A DNA stretch of 53,942 nt from Macrostomum lignano (Eukaryota), in the NCBI GenBank assembly GCA_002269645.1, contig NIVC01001858.1:1-53942 (forward strand), written 5' to 3'. Position 1 is the first letter of the stretch, and each line of letters opens with the position of its first letter. Position numbers and translations under genes: made by a program. This document shows positions 23,199-35,370 of this stretch, piece by piece. Below the pieces are notes generated by a model that had not been told where the DNA came from, searched no databases, and saw nothing but the letters and a program-made list of their open reading frames with translations.

Positions 23199-26100
23199 TT
23201 ACACAACCCGGCGAACTTCAAAGAAGCGCTTCAAATAGAAGACCTGACCGACTGTCATAGCGATGAGCACCAGGGCCTCGAAGAATGACCACAGGACAAC
23301 GCGGCTGTTCGTGTTGTCGTTAACTGAAAACAGTTGGCGGTTTTGTGGCTGGCTTTTTATGCTGACGATTGTATGATGAAGATTATTATCGCGGTCAAGA
23401 CGCCTGAAGGATCGAGGACAAGGGCTTGAAGGATCGAGGACAAGGGCCTGAAGGATCGGGACAAGGGCATGAGCCATGAAGGATCGAGGACAAGGACCTG
23501 AAGGATCGAGGACAAGGACCTGAAGGATCGAGGACAAGGGCATGAAGGATCGAGGACAAGGGCATGAAGGATCGAGGACAAGGGCATGAAGGATCGAGGA
23601 CAAGGGCTTGAAGGATCGAGGACAAGAGCATGAAGGATCGAGGACAAGGGCATGAAGGATCGAGGACAAGGGCATGAAGGATCGAGGACAAGGGCATGAA
23701 GGATCGAGGACAAGGGCATGAAGGATCGAGGACAAGGGCATGAAGGATCGAGGACAAGGGCTTGAAGGATCGAGGACAAGGGCATGAAGGATCGAGGACA
23801 AGAGCATGAAGGATCGAGGACAAGGGCTTGAAGGATCGAGGACAAGAGCATGAAGGATCGAGGACAAGGGCTTGAAGGATCGAGGACAAGAGCATGAAGG
23901 ATCGAGGACAAGGACCTGAAGGATCGAGGACAAGGGCATGAAGGATCGAGGACAAGGGCATGAAGGATCGAGGACAAGGGCATGAAGGATCGAGGACAAG
24001 GGCATGAAGGATCGAGGACAAGGGCTTGAAGGATCGAGGACAAGAGCATGAAGGATCGAGGACAAGGGCATGAAGGATCGAGGACAAGAGCGTGAAGAAT
24101 CGAGGACAGGAGCGTGAAGAATCGAGGACAAGGTTCTGAAGAATCGAGGTCAAGAGCGTGAAGAATTGAGAACAAGGGTCTGAATAATCGAGGACAAGAG
24201 CGTTAAGAATCGAGGACAAGGGTCTGAAGGGTGAAGGACAAGGGTCTGAAGAATCGAGGACAAGAGCCTGAAAGATCGGGGACAAGGGCTTGAAGGATCA
24301 AAGAAAAGAAGGCAGCTAAAGTGCTAGTCAGAACCTACTGGAACGATGGATTCGCTCGCGGACCTCCATGTACTCCTGCTCGTGCTTGACAACGGTCAGT
24401 GAGGTGGACAGCTGGTTGATCATCTCCTCGAGTTTGTTGTGGTGCTCGTCAGCGCTCATGTCTTTGCTGTCCTTGGGCTTCTCTCCAATGTCCATGGAGA
24501 AGAGCACAATCTTAGGCGTCATAGTGCTCATCTTGTTGGAGAAGCAGTACTTATAGATTCCGTCCATGTGGGCAGCAAAAGTGTACTTGCCGTTGGACTC
24601 GCGGTCGCCACTGTACACAACCTTGTTGTCTGGGCCATAGAGCTGCGAGTGAATTAAGATTTAAGAGAATAAACCTATCCATTTGCATACTGAAGTAAAG
24701 GAAAAGAAATCCTAACACTAGAGAATTGTAGTTAGTTTTATTTCAGGTTATAGTCAAGGGAAACACACATGTTAGATTTAAACAAAATAAAATATTAACA
24801 TGTTACTTATATATTATATAATCAAGCCAATAATTTGAATTAGAGAAACAGTATATTTCTAAGGTACACAATATATTTTTTTAAAAAGGTCAGTGGAGAG
24901 TTAAGAGATTCCTCTACAAAAGATCCTTGAGTATTTGCAATTGCAATTGGCAAAGAAAGAGAAACAACAAGTATATTTATCTTGAATTGGTAAACAACAA
25001 AAACGAAGCAATAAAACTATTTTACTTCAAATATTTTTTTATAAAACTGCCTTTAACCTTTTTCCTATACTAATAATAAAGAAGATACTAATAAAAATGG
25101 CACAATAAAAGATAGATAGACTTAATCAAGAAAAAAAGATTATAAAGCCTTTTTAATTGTTTTTAGGTCTTAAAATTATAAGACTTACTTTTTTGGCATA
25201 TGTTATATCATACTGTTATATCATAAAGTAAAATAGTAGTTATACACAAAAGTATGAGAGTTGCCTATAGACAAATTGCCTGCCAAGATTTGCCAGCAGA
25301 TTTGCATACCAAGATTTGCAAGCAACACATTTTGCCAGCAGGTGAATTGTGTATAGTGGAATGCCTATAATTTTGTTAAAGGAAGTCTATACTCTAGAAA
25401 GCATACATAGAAAATTTGGCATAAATTTAGTTTGGCCTAAAAATGGTGGCATGTATGCCATTGGTATATATTTAGGTATTACATATCAAAGGTTGTATGT
25501 TGGCATGCTATGGCATGGAATAGCTTGATTTTATGGTGTAGAATGTGGCATGGCATGATAGTAGGACATGTCTTATTGAGACAAAAGTTTGTGAAAAGAC
25601 ATTGTTATAAAGAGAAAATTGATTTAGTTTTAACAAAAATGCAATAGTTTTGGCCAAAAATGCGACTTACATATAAAATAAACCCTAAAGCAAAATTAAT
25701 ACAACTTTGGGTAAATGGCAGGAGTAACTATGACTGTCTTATTAAGGCAAAATGCCTTATCATCTACTTAGTACTACTTGGGTATTTATTTAGGTAGGCA
25801 TTTTTGCAACTTACCTTGGTTGGCCACCAAATCAGTCAACTAGATTGGCCAACTTGGCCAACTGTTGCACATGTATGAATATTAAAATAAAGGCAGTTGT
25901 TATTGTTACAGTGACCATATAAATAACAAAATGGTTATTTTTTCAGTTAACACATAAGACACTATGCAGGCCTATGGTCTTAATTTATTATAATCGTATA
26001 AATAGCAAAACTGTTATTTTTATGGTCACCGTAGGTAAGAAACAAAATAACTATTTTTATGGTTATATGGAAGAAATTTCTATTAAATTACAAGGTAATA

Positions 26101-26812
26101 GTAACAATTACCTATAGTGAGCTACCATGACAAGAACCACTAGAAGTTACCATGGAATTTATTAATAAAATGTTTCTTTATTTTTTAAATTTAACCATCA
26201 TAGTATTTGCACAGCAAGTTTGTTTCTTCATATAGATGGTATTTGTTTTAAGTGTTAACCATAAAAATAACCGTCTCGCTATTTATACATCACCATAATA
26301 ATAACAACTGCCTAAAATAAAATAATTGCTTAGTTGTTTAGTTTAACTAGTTCATTTTACTAATTTTTTTCTAATTCAAAAGTTCTTTTTAATACATCAT
26401 TTAAATGCTTTTTTAGATAGCCTTTTAAATGACAGACCTATTTTTTATAAAAAAACACATTCAAACTTATTAAATATTAGGCCTAAAATATTTTTTGTAT
26501 AGTATAATAGTATAAGGCCTATTATAAAAATGTTAGTATAATTAATGATGCATGAATACATGTCATGAGTATAAATGTTGCATATATTGAATAAAAAATA
26601 TAATCAAAATACACAAAAATAGTTCATCATGTTTTTACCTTGACATCAATATCCAAAAATCCACCTTCAGCGACCTCAAACATCAATGTCATCTTTGTTC
26701 CTGAAACGACTCTATCAAAAAAACATTGTTCTTCGTTTGCATCAATGGTAATGAAGTAAGCATTGCAGCTAACGAATAAAGCAGAAAACAAAGCAATATA
26801 CACAGGAGACAT
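23199..26812 (-). CDS. TMED2: Transmembrane emp24 domain protein 2 (p24 beta), 200 aa, 3 exons
   Basis: Exons 26812-26639, 24642-24339, 23323-23199 join in frame (603 nt). [90 protein letters not shown]. Confidence 0.96.
23403..24300. repeat. Intronic minisatellite, 22-bp unit gaaggatcgaggacaagggcat
   Basis: Fills TMED2 intron 2. It degenerates toward the donor end and produces three spurious long ORFs. Confidence 0.95.
25626..25877. mobile_element. Decayed, one-end-truncated copy of the 28S-fragment-bearing MITE
   Basis: Colinear with ~37712-37972. Ends in gttgcacatgtatg (right TIR). 28S-like core at 25709-25772. Confidence 0.78.
25892..26312. mobile_element. MITE with ~50-bp imperfect TIRs (possibly PIF/Harbinger-like)
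   Basis: ggcagttgttattgttacagtgaccatataaataacaaaatggttatttt versus the reverse complement of aaaataaccgtctcgctatttatacatcaccataataataacaactgcc. AT-rich 3-bp flanks aaa/taa. Confidence 0.5.
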
Positions 26813-27982
26813 TTTAACCTAATGCTGTCTAGCAACAAATGTTACTATATATGAGCAGGCTAAGGCAATTGGCTTGAGAACTTAGTACGTAATTTGAGAA
26901 AAAATGACGAGTAGGACTTATACCTGTGCAATACCCTGAGTGACGTGGGGTAATTGTCCGTTTGAATTTAGTTTTGTTACCGACATTTCTTTCTCAAAGG
27001 CGAAGTTATTTGAGTTAAAAAGCATTGATGCCTTAAAAATAAAAAAAAATTTTCGAATAAAACGATTTGGAATTCGATACTATTTGTTATAAACTATGTT
27101 CTGTTTAGTACTGTTTCTAACGCAAAATTTGACTTGAAAAAAGAGTGCACTTTTTCTTAAACGCTAATAAATCACAATTGTATAAATACCATTACAGTCT
27201 GATTGTATTCTTGTGGCTACTACTTAACCAGATCTACAGAACATAAATCATTTCTAAATTTCACTGTATTCCTTTTTAATGTATTAGTTTTTTTGTAATC
27301 ATTTTTATCTGGTCGAAAAAATAAGCTTCTGTTTTTCATTAGTTTTAGTAGCTTCTATATTCTCGATATTCTGGAGCGGCTTGCTTGCTTTTTATATTAA
27401 TATCACTTGCCAAATATTGATCCTTAATTTACTCTAGGCCCTTGGACTACATAGAATCAGTTTGAGACAAATGAACAAACAAATAATAATGTGTAGAATA
27501 CTACCGCTTTGGACTATAGCTGGAAGGTTTAGGTTCTTTGTGGATTTTGGGGAACATTTCTTCTTTGTCCTTCTATACTACAAGCTAAATATATAAGAGT
27601 GCATAGATGGAGATAGCGTCCAATATCTTAAAACCCCTGTAAACCTGAGTTCCAAATGGGATAGTGTGTCTAGAAGAGTAGGAGTGAGAAAAAATTGCAA
27701 GAATTTTTTTGTAGAATTAGGTTTTAATGTACAATATTTTCGATTTGATGACTATCTTGACACTTGAAATTTTTGGAGCTAACTTGCATCGGCTCTCTTT
27801 AATAGTGTTCGATTACTTCGCAATCAATCCACGCCAAAATTGACAGTATATTTTTGTGTGGATGTTTACACCATGGCTAGATATCTGAAACACATAGCTA
27901 AAAGTAATAATAAATTATTTCCCCTTTATGCAAAAGACGAGCTATAAAGGCTAAAAAAAGCAGTGGCAATCAACAAGGCAAA

Positions 27983-30794
27983 ATGTCAGTGAAAGCTCTT
28001 GGCGTAGCTGAGCAGCAGCCAGGAGGTCAGCCGCAGCAGCGAAGCCCGGCCAAGACAGCGGCTGCCGCGGGAAAGTCGCAGAAATCCGAGATGGGCTGGC
28101 AGCTGGAGCCAGCCAGGAAGAAGCTCACGACGCTGGAGACTCAACGCATCATGGGCGTCATGATTGACGGCTCAAAGCGAGTTGAACTTCTAGCCGCCCT
28201 GCCGGCGCTGCTCCGCAACCTGGACGACTTCCAGATCGTGCTCGGCCGCGAGCTGACCGCCCTGCTGGTCGAGCACGGGAATTTGAGCCGGCAGTTCGAC
28301 TTGGTCAGCGCTAAGCTGGACGTTATCCACGATCGCAAATACGAGGCACCAAAGCCGGTCGCCCTCACTGAAGACTTCTGGAGCCAAGTAAATTTCTGGG
28401 CATTGTTTATGCAGTTTTCTGTTTGGATTTCTTGTGGTATTTTTGTACTAAAGACAATATTGCACAAAATAAAAATGAGCAATACACTTCAGAGCAGGGT
28501 TCGGCAAACTTTTTTACCTTAAGGGCCAGATAAAGAATCCAGCTCATGACTGCAGTCCAGATGAGAGAAAAAAGAAGAGGGAATAGCAGATAAGAGATGA
28601 GGGGAGTGGCAAGCTATTAAGATTCTCTAAGATTGAGAATTCCTATTAAGACTCTATCCGGCCCTCGGGTTTCAAAGGACGGCTCCCTCTGCACGGATGC
28701 GACATCCGTAATGAACTCGATTCCAGTTCAGTCAACAGTGATTAATTTTAGAATCCTTCTATCTACGCCAGTGCAAATCAACCCCAACTAATCCGCATTC
28801 GCTTAGGAGGCCGAGCCGGAGGCTGATGAAGCGCCAGTAGTGACGCAGTCCAAGGAGGAGCTGCTTCCTCTGCAGGCCGAGCTGGAGGCTGAGGCCGCCA
28901 GCCTGCTGCCGCGGCTGCAGTTCTCAGCCCGAGTTCTGCTCCGCGCCTTCCGCAGCAACCCGCCAGCCGTGACGGCCGTGCTCCAGTCTGCTAAGCTCAA
29001 GCCGCAAACCGAGACCAAAGAGATGCTGGACCGGATGGAACACCTGCGCGACATCATGGTTGTGCGCCTGATGACCACACCGGTGGAGAAGCAGGACAAG
29101 CTCACCTACCTGCACGAGATGTCCGAGCGCGAACGACAGCAAGCTGAGGTGATCAAGAAGCTCGAGGCCGAGCTGAGCGCCGCCACGGCGGATAAAGAGG
29201 CGGAGGTCAAGAAGAAGAACGACGTGATTCGCAAAATCCAATCGGACATCCACCACGTGGAGAAGTACGCCGAGGAGAGCATCAAGAACATTCGAAGCGA
29301 GGCCGAGAAGCAGCAGCAGACGGATTCGAAGAACAGCGAAGGCAAGGTGCACAAGCTCACTCAGGAGCGCAACCAGCTGCGCACTCAGCTGGACAATCTG
29401 ATCGCCGAGCACCGCGACTCTGAGCAGCAGCTGCGCTCGAAGAAGTTCAAACTGGAGACCGAGATTGAGAATATTATTAGCAAATATGACAGCGAGATGG
29501 GCACTCGGCAGGTGGGTAGTTTGCCAACGAGTTTTGCCTTTGCTACCATCAGGCGCCACAAACCAGATTTTTCGCACTAATTGCATTAACTAGATGGGGT
29601 ATTTTCTTAATTTTGCAATAAATTGCAAAAGGCTGTGCGCACCCTGGCGCACTTTAAGCGACATTGTCACAAAACCCACACATATCCCCTTGCGCAGGCA
29701 CACAAGCGCGCGGATACGTACGCAGTCATACGCACAGGCACACACTCACACAGGAGTGTACAGCGGCCCTAACTTTATTTATCCCGTTAGGCATGTACAC
29801 TTCACTGCGCCTTGGGGGTTGGCCCTCAAGGGCGTTGATTGCACGAGCCGATTCAAGCCGATATTCCAATTTATCCCCAAATTAATGTGACTGCACTTGG
29901 AATCGAGCCTGGGCCGCTGGCACATGAGAGCGCCACGCTCGACCACTTGGCTACGGCTTAGCAACCCAGTAGGAGTGCTCTAATTAGGCTTATTTTCAAG
30001 CGGTACTGTGCAAAGTTCTTACGTGCTTCACCTTCTCAACCGCACAGGAGGAATACGAAGACGTTGATGCCGCCTACACGGAGGAGAAGAAGCAGCTGTC
30101 TGAACTGGAGGAGCGGTTCAAGGTAAGACCAATCTCACCATTGCATGGTGCTTGAATGCATGTGTTGGAAATTTTTTATAAAATATGCCGGATTTGACAA
30201 AAAATTCCGAATTTTGAAGTTCTTTGGGATTATGCTGTTAAATGACCATAAGGCCAAAAGTAGTGCGCTCGTACAATACAAGGACTTGCGGAATCTTCGC
30301 TACTATAAGAAGATCTTACGTAAAAAAAACCATGTTTTCAGTAAGAGAATAGCGAAGGTGTGCATTAATTTCAAAATCTTTAATGTTTGTTGCAATGTTT
30401 TCAATGCTTTAATGATTACGAGCTATTTAGTTTGTTCAGACAGACTATCCATAGGTGCACCGTATTTTCTAAGAAATTAAACTTTCCTTTTTTCTGCTTT
30501 ACTTGAGTCGTCATTGAAGCAGACAGTCCCGTGACACTGGAGGAGAACTCGATAAATAGTAAAGCGATTCGCCCTTCCAACGCCCCACCCTACCCGCAGA
30601 CCCTGGAAGAGGAGTACCTGCAGATCATGGAGGAGCGCCGCGTCGCCGAGGAGCGCCGTCGGGCGGCCGAGCACGAGATGCAGATGATGATCAGCGCGGC
30701 AACCACCATCCAGAGCTTCTGGCGCTCCTACAAGATTCGCAAAACGATGCGCGGCAAAAAGAAGAAAGGCGGGGGAGGCAAAAAGAAGAAGTGA
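27983..30794 (+). CDS. DRC10: Dynein regulatory complex subunit 10 / IQ-motif-containing D (459 aa, 4 exons)
   Basis: Exons 27983-28387, 28807-29511, 30048-30122, 30600-30794 join in frame (1380 nt). KKLTTLETQRIM, coiled coil with LRSKKFKLETEIENIISKYDSEM, IQ motif AATTIQSFWRSYKIRK, basic tail. Confidence 0.9.
29628..29957 (-). mobile_element. tRNA-derived SINE in DRC10 intron 2
   Basis: Minus strand begins gccgtagccaagtggtcgagcg (A-box) ... ggctcgattcc (B-box). Body shared with the other copies. Confidence 0.85.
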
Positions 30795-31537
30795 AATTTA
30801 ATTAATTGGTCTTCGTCGTTTATTTACGATGTACTTTTATTTCTAAGGCTACTTGCTTCGTTCTGACAGTGACGCAACGTTTTCTTCGCTTAATCCCGCC
30901 TCTTTTCATTTTCTTTTGTATCATTTGCTTCTCTGTCTTCAAATCCGGCCATACTACCGACTTCTGTACTAACTAAGTAGTATCAGTGAGATTTTTTGCG
31001 GAATAAATTACGCGTAGAAATGGTTTTTCTTGCTACGGTTTTATGGCCTTCGACGTGTCTTAACAACTTCTCTTAGGTAGCTGACAGGGTGTTTCGGTGT
31101 TGTCTGGACTACAGGCTCTGTTCAAAATACATGCAGCAGAACAGCGAGTGTCTTTATTTTCGATGCGATTCATTCATTTCGCCGCCGTATTCAAACAAAT
31201 CGAAGGCTTCGCTGACAAGCGCTTTTACTCGTAGTGTTCATTTTCTTTGACACAAATTAATAATGTTTGTAAAGACGTTGCAATTATATCGCTTTCGCTG
31301 TTCAGCAGACCATTTTCACGATTCGGCCTTCTGGTACAGATAGGGGATGCAAAGAAACAGAACTAAGACAGCAATTTAAAACGAATAAATCTTCTGGCAA
31401 AGCGAGAATAAAGCGATGGATTTTATACTGGGTTTGGAGTTAGAAGCGAAAAGTACTGTCAGTTGATTAAGGAATGAGTGATTACTAATAAATATTTAGT
31501 CACAACAAACTGACAGCTCATGACAGCTTATGACAGC

Positions 31538-33225
31538 TCAAGCATCGCCAATGAGGGTCAGCAGAACTCTCTCGTAGTCGCCCGACGTGTCGCCACGGAT
31601 CATCACGGCGAGACTTTCGCCGTACTGTCGCTGAAAAGCGGCCTTCACGGCTGGCATGTCAGACTCGCAGAAGCCGATTATGGTTCGCTGCAGGCGCCTG
31701 TCGTTCGTGCCCGCGCCCTTCATGCTGCGGTACAGCATGCCAGCCACGTGTCTGCAAGGTGAAGAGACAGCGTAGACCTAAAATCATACTTTTTTGATGA
31801 TTCACCTCTTTCTAAAAGGCCAATAGGCTCGTAGTTAAGGGTTATTTCAAAAATCGAAGCATTCGTCACTTCATAAACCGAACACTGGGTTAAAAATAAA
31901 GCCAGAAGATGGACACGTGGCGCTACCTACTGCATGAACTTCCCACTTGACTAACACGTCACCTCAGAACCGACACTAAACCACAGGGCAATTTGACAGC
32001 AGTTAGACTACTTCAACGTAGAATTTTTTAATTGAACTTGCCTGGCCGGATCTTCAGCGAATGAGACGACGCTTAACAACGCATTGCGATAGTCGCCGCT
32101 GGTCTCCGCTGCGATAGCATCCTGTAGGCCGCGATGTCTTTTCTTCTTGTAAGCATCGGCGACGGCGGCGACGTGAGCGGGCGATCGGCTGCACAGCAGG
32201 CGGTTCAGGGTGTCCTCGTCTGTGCCAAGACGGCCCTCGCCTGCTCTGTAGAGCGTCTCAGCGTCTGCAGCCACCGCTTCCGGCCGTACCGGACCCTCCT
32301 CGCGACCGGCGGTGAGCAGTGACACCAGCACCTTGCGGAAGTCGCCGCTGGTCTCTGATCGAACGTCCGACTCCAGGTTTCGATGAAACACTGCGAGTGC
32401 AGCGTGGAAGTTAGGGAAATAATTTATAGTTAGAAATTATGCAAATTCGAACAGGTAGTCATCGTATCAATACTCACGTCTCTCAAATGCCTCCTTTATA
32501 GCTCTGATCTGATAGTTACTTCTGGTCGTCAGGATGTCTATCAGCGCCTCTTCATCTGTTCCAATTCCCTGTTGCGGACGCAGAAATACGTAATGTTTTC
32601 GTACAGATTTAAGATTTTTTAAACCAAAAGCACGTCTTGACAATTTCATTTTGGCGAATATGAATAACAGATTTCACCTTTATTCACTTGATATTATGGC
32701 TACTCAAGAATACTCATGGGAATCTACTTTACTGAATAACAAGTGATGCTGTTTCATAAATACAACTACAACTCATGTATTAGTTCGATTTAGGATTGAA
32801 TTTGCTAATGACTGCTACTGAAAAAAAACTGCTATAACTACTTGCCCTTGTGAAGCAATCCAAATGCAATGATGTCAACTACATGTATTCGTAGAATGAT
32901 GATCTGAAAACAGATTTTAACTCTATAAAACTCCCACCTCCATTGCCTCGCGCAGGCAGATTGCGTCAAACTCGCAGAGCACGTAGCACAAAGACTTGCA
33001 CGTTTTGTAGAAACTGCCACTGAGCTCAGACTTGAATGCGTCAACCAGCTCCTTGCCGTAGGCGGTCTTGAAGGCGCGCGCGATCTCGGCCCGCTGATGC
33101 GACGGTCGTCTAGCCATGACGTCAATGATTGTCTTCTCATCCGTGCCGAGGCCTTTCATAGCCTTGTAAAGTCGGCCGGCTTCTGTCTGAGCATTCAATG
33201 GCTGGTCGGCTCGAGACATGGCCAT
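31538..33225 (-). CDS. Annexin, 4 repeats, 313 aa, 4 exons (intron 3 is GC-AG)
   Basis: Exons 33225-32938, 32568-32478, 32390-32042, 31751-31538 join in frame (942 nt). MKGLGTDE..SELSG, MEGIGTDE..SETSG, GEGRLGTDE..AETSG, MKGAGTND..GDTSG. Confidence 0.95.
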
Positions 33226-34439
33226 GCTGACTGGACAGGTCTTGCTAGTTGATGTGTGCAGAGCAGTGGGCCAAGTTTGTAGCCAAAACTGTTTATTATA
33301 GCCTTAGTTGTAGCTAACCTCACGAATTGCGCGCTTTAATGGCGTTAAAACTGGCGCTATTTCACTCAATTGGCAACTGTTGTAACACTAACAGTCCGTA
33401 AAGTCGATTTGATAGCCATGCTGGACGTTTTTTGCCGTTGAGGTGGAGGGAAGACAACGTACAGGGAAGTCATTGAACAGGCAATGACTTGTTCACTTCT
33501 GCACTCCTGCCACCCCAATCTGGCATGCACTGGGGGACACTCCGTACAGTACACGGAGAGGCAAAAATTGCGAATACTGGAAGCCGCGAGTGCGTTCAGC
33601 ATGCTGCCAGAGCCAATGAAATACTGACTGCCTGCTTGCTTGGAACGAATTGTGAAGTGAATCGGGAGGGAGAGAGACGTGGCGATAAAGAATCAGGCAT
33701 GAGAGAGACAGGGTTGTACGATTGTACACAAGAGACTTGCCTAAAAAGCACACGTCTTGATTTTACTATAGAGACATAGCTGCCAGTTGAAATTGAATTT
33801 ACCCATATCTGTGGCAGCCTCTGTATCCAAATATACCGTCAGATTAAGATTAATGCAGTCGAACTGCGATGCATAACAGTCTGCAGTCGATTTGAAGGTC
33901 ATCTCGCTTTCATCAAGGGGCAGGATTCGGCAAACTCCAACCCGCGAAGCTTCTCTATCCGACCCCCCCGGGTCTTTTCAAACTTCACAATAGCAATCCG
34001 CCCCGTTGATGGTCTATGTCTCTTCTCAGCTCTCTTCCCTCTAATCTCAATAGAGACATTTAGAGACGAAGATATAGACTACGCCGCACCAGTTTCTTTA
34101 TTCACAGAAACGTAAATTAAAGCCGATCGGATTCTGCAGCCAAATTCATATACATGCAATACGGATCTAAATGCGCCAACTACTCGCGCCTAAATTATGT
34201 CCTCTAAAATTCTCATTATGGAAGAATGAGATTAGAATGAGAAAGTCATTAGAATGAGATTATGGAAGAATGAGAAAATCACAACTTTTTATTCCTAAAT
34301 TGTTTTCCATTATATTCTTTTCTAGGAAGATCAGCTCTGTCAGTCAGTCCGTTTCCAATATTAATATTAATATTATTATTATTACTACATGTATTAGTAT
34401 TTACAATTATATAAATAGACACTGGCATGGGTGGTCAGC

Positions 34440-35370
34440 GGAGCACCCGCTAGTGGAAACCAGCTGAGTCCAGCCTTAAGCCTAGCTGCAGACTGAGGGG
34501 GTAATTAAAATAGTGGAACCGGATGCCCAGGGCATTGCGCAGGAGGTGGCGATGGCGGGCCTCCAGGCTTGCCTCACGATCGTGCAGAGCAGTCATACAG
34601 CCTCCAGCCCGTAGGTCAGCACCGGCCGTCTCAACTGCCAAATCGGAATAGGCCGCGACCTTCATTCAGGCTGTCGGTGGCGAGCCGGCAGTTAAAGATG
34701 GAGCGAAGATGGGAGGCCACCTTCTGGTGGGAGGTAACCAGCTGATTGCGGTTGTTGACAATATGGCACCCGGATCAGTGACCAGGATGCCCAAGATATT
34801 TAACCTGCATAGTTAATTACACGGGGCGATAGTGTTTCCGTCCATGTAGAAGCAGAAGCAGGAGGAAAGGTGGCAATGAAGGCAGCGTACATGTACCTCC
34901 CAGCTGTCTTGCCGTAGCTGATGTGGAGCCCCACGCGCTTCCCCTCGTCAGCCAGCCTTTTCTCCGACGCTTTTTGCAGCTCTGCGCAGCTTCGGGGTTG
35001 CAGCAGGTAAGCGCAATGTCGTCGGCGTACATGTAGCTAGGCAGAGGTCAGCTTTTACAAGCTGGAAAGCGGGAGCTAGCTACCGCAAGGCACACTTCTA
35101 GCCATCTCTATGAAGTGGCTATCATAGCCACAGCGCCAGCAGCATGACGTAGTACATAGTATACAATTCAACAATTCAAATGTAGGGCCCATAGTAGAGT
35201 GAGTCTTGACAAAAGCCTTGGACTGGTTGTAGAGGTTCAAGATCCCCAGAACCAGCAGCTAATTCCATGCGACCATGCTGCTGGAGGAGCCAGGCAATGG
35301 CGCTCGACTGACGGAGTCAAAAGCTTGTAGACAGCAGAACAAGTCGCTGCGATCCGCGGTGCTACCTTTC
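34440..35370 (-). mobile_element. Decayed non-LTR retrotransposon reverse transcriptase (RTE/CR1-like)
   Basis: Broken frames give QAFDSVSR, MYADDIALTC (35032-), KYLGIL and LEARHRHLLRNALGI in the expected order, with many stops and shifts. Confidence 0.8.

Noticed and set aside
23199-24285. 310-, 272- and 296-aa ORFs
   Set aside because: They are translations of the 22-bp minisatellite in TMED2 intron 2; only 23199-23323 is a real exon.
4058-24300. Rule that intronic repeat units avoid AG on the sense strand
   Set aside because: It holds for nucleotidase intron 3 and TMED2 intron 2 but fails for kinase intron 1 and ARL1 intron 2.
29900-29957. SINE heads as tRNA genes
   Set aside because: A and B boxes are present, but there is no complete cloverleaf and each continues into a shared repeat body.
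33366-33900. ORFs upstream of the annexin (33366-33602, 33493-33753, 33489-33779)
   Set aside because: No recognisable motif and no consistent spliced frame; possibly UTR or promoter sequence.
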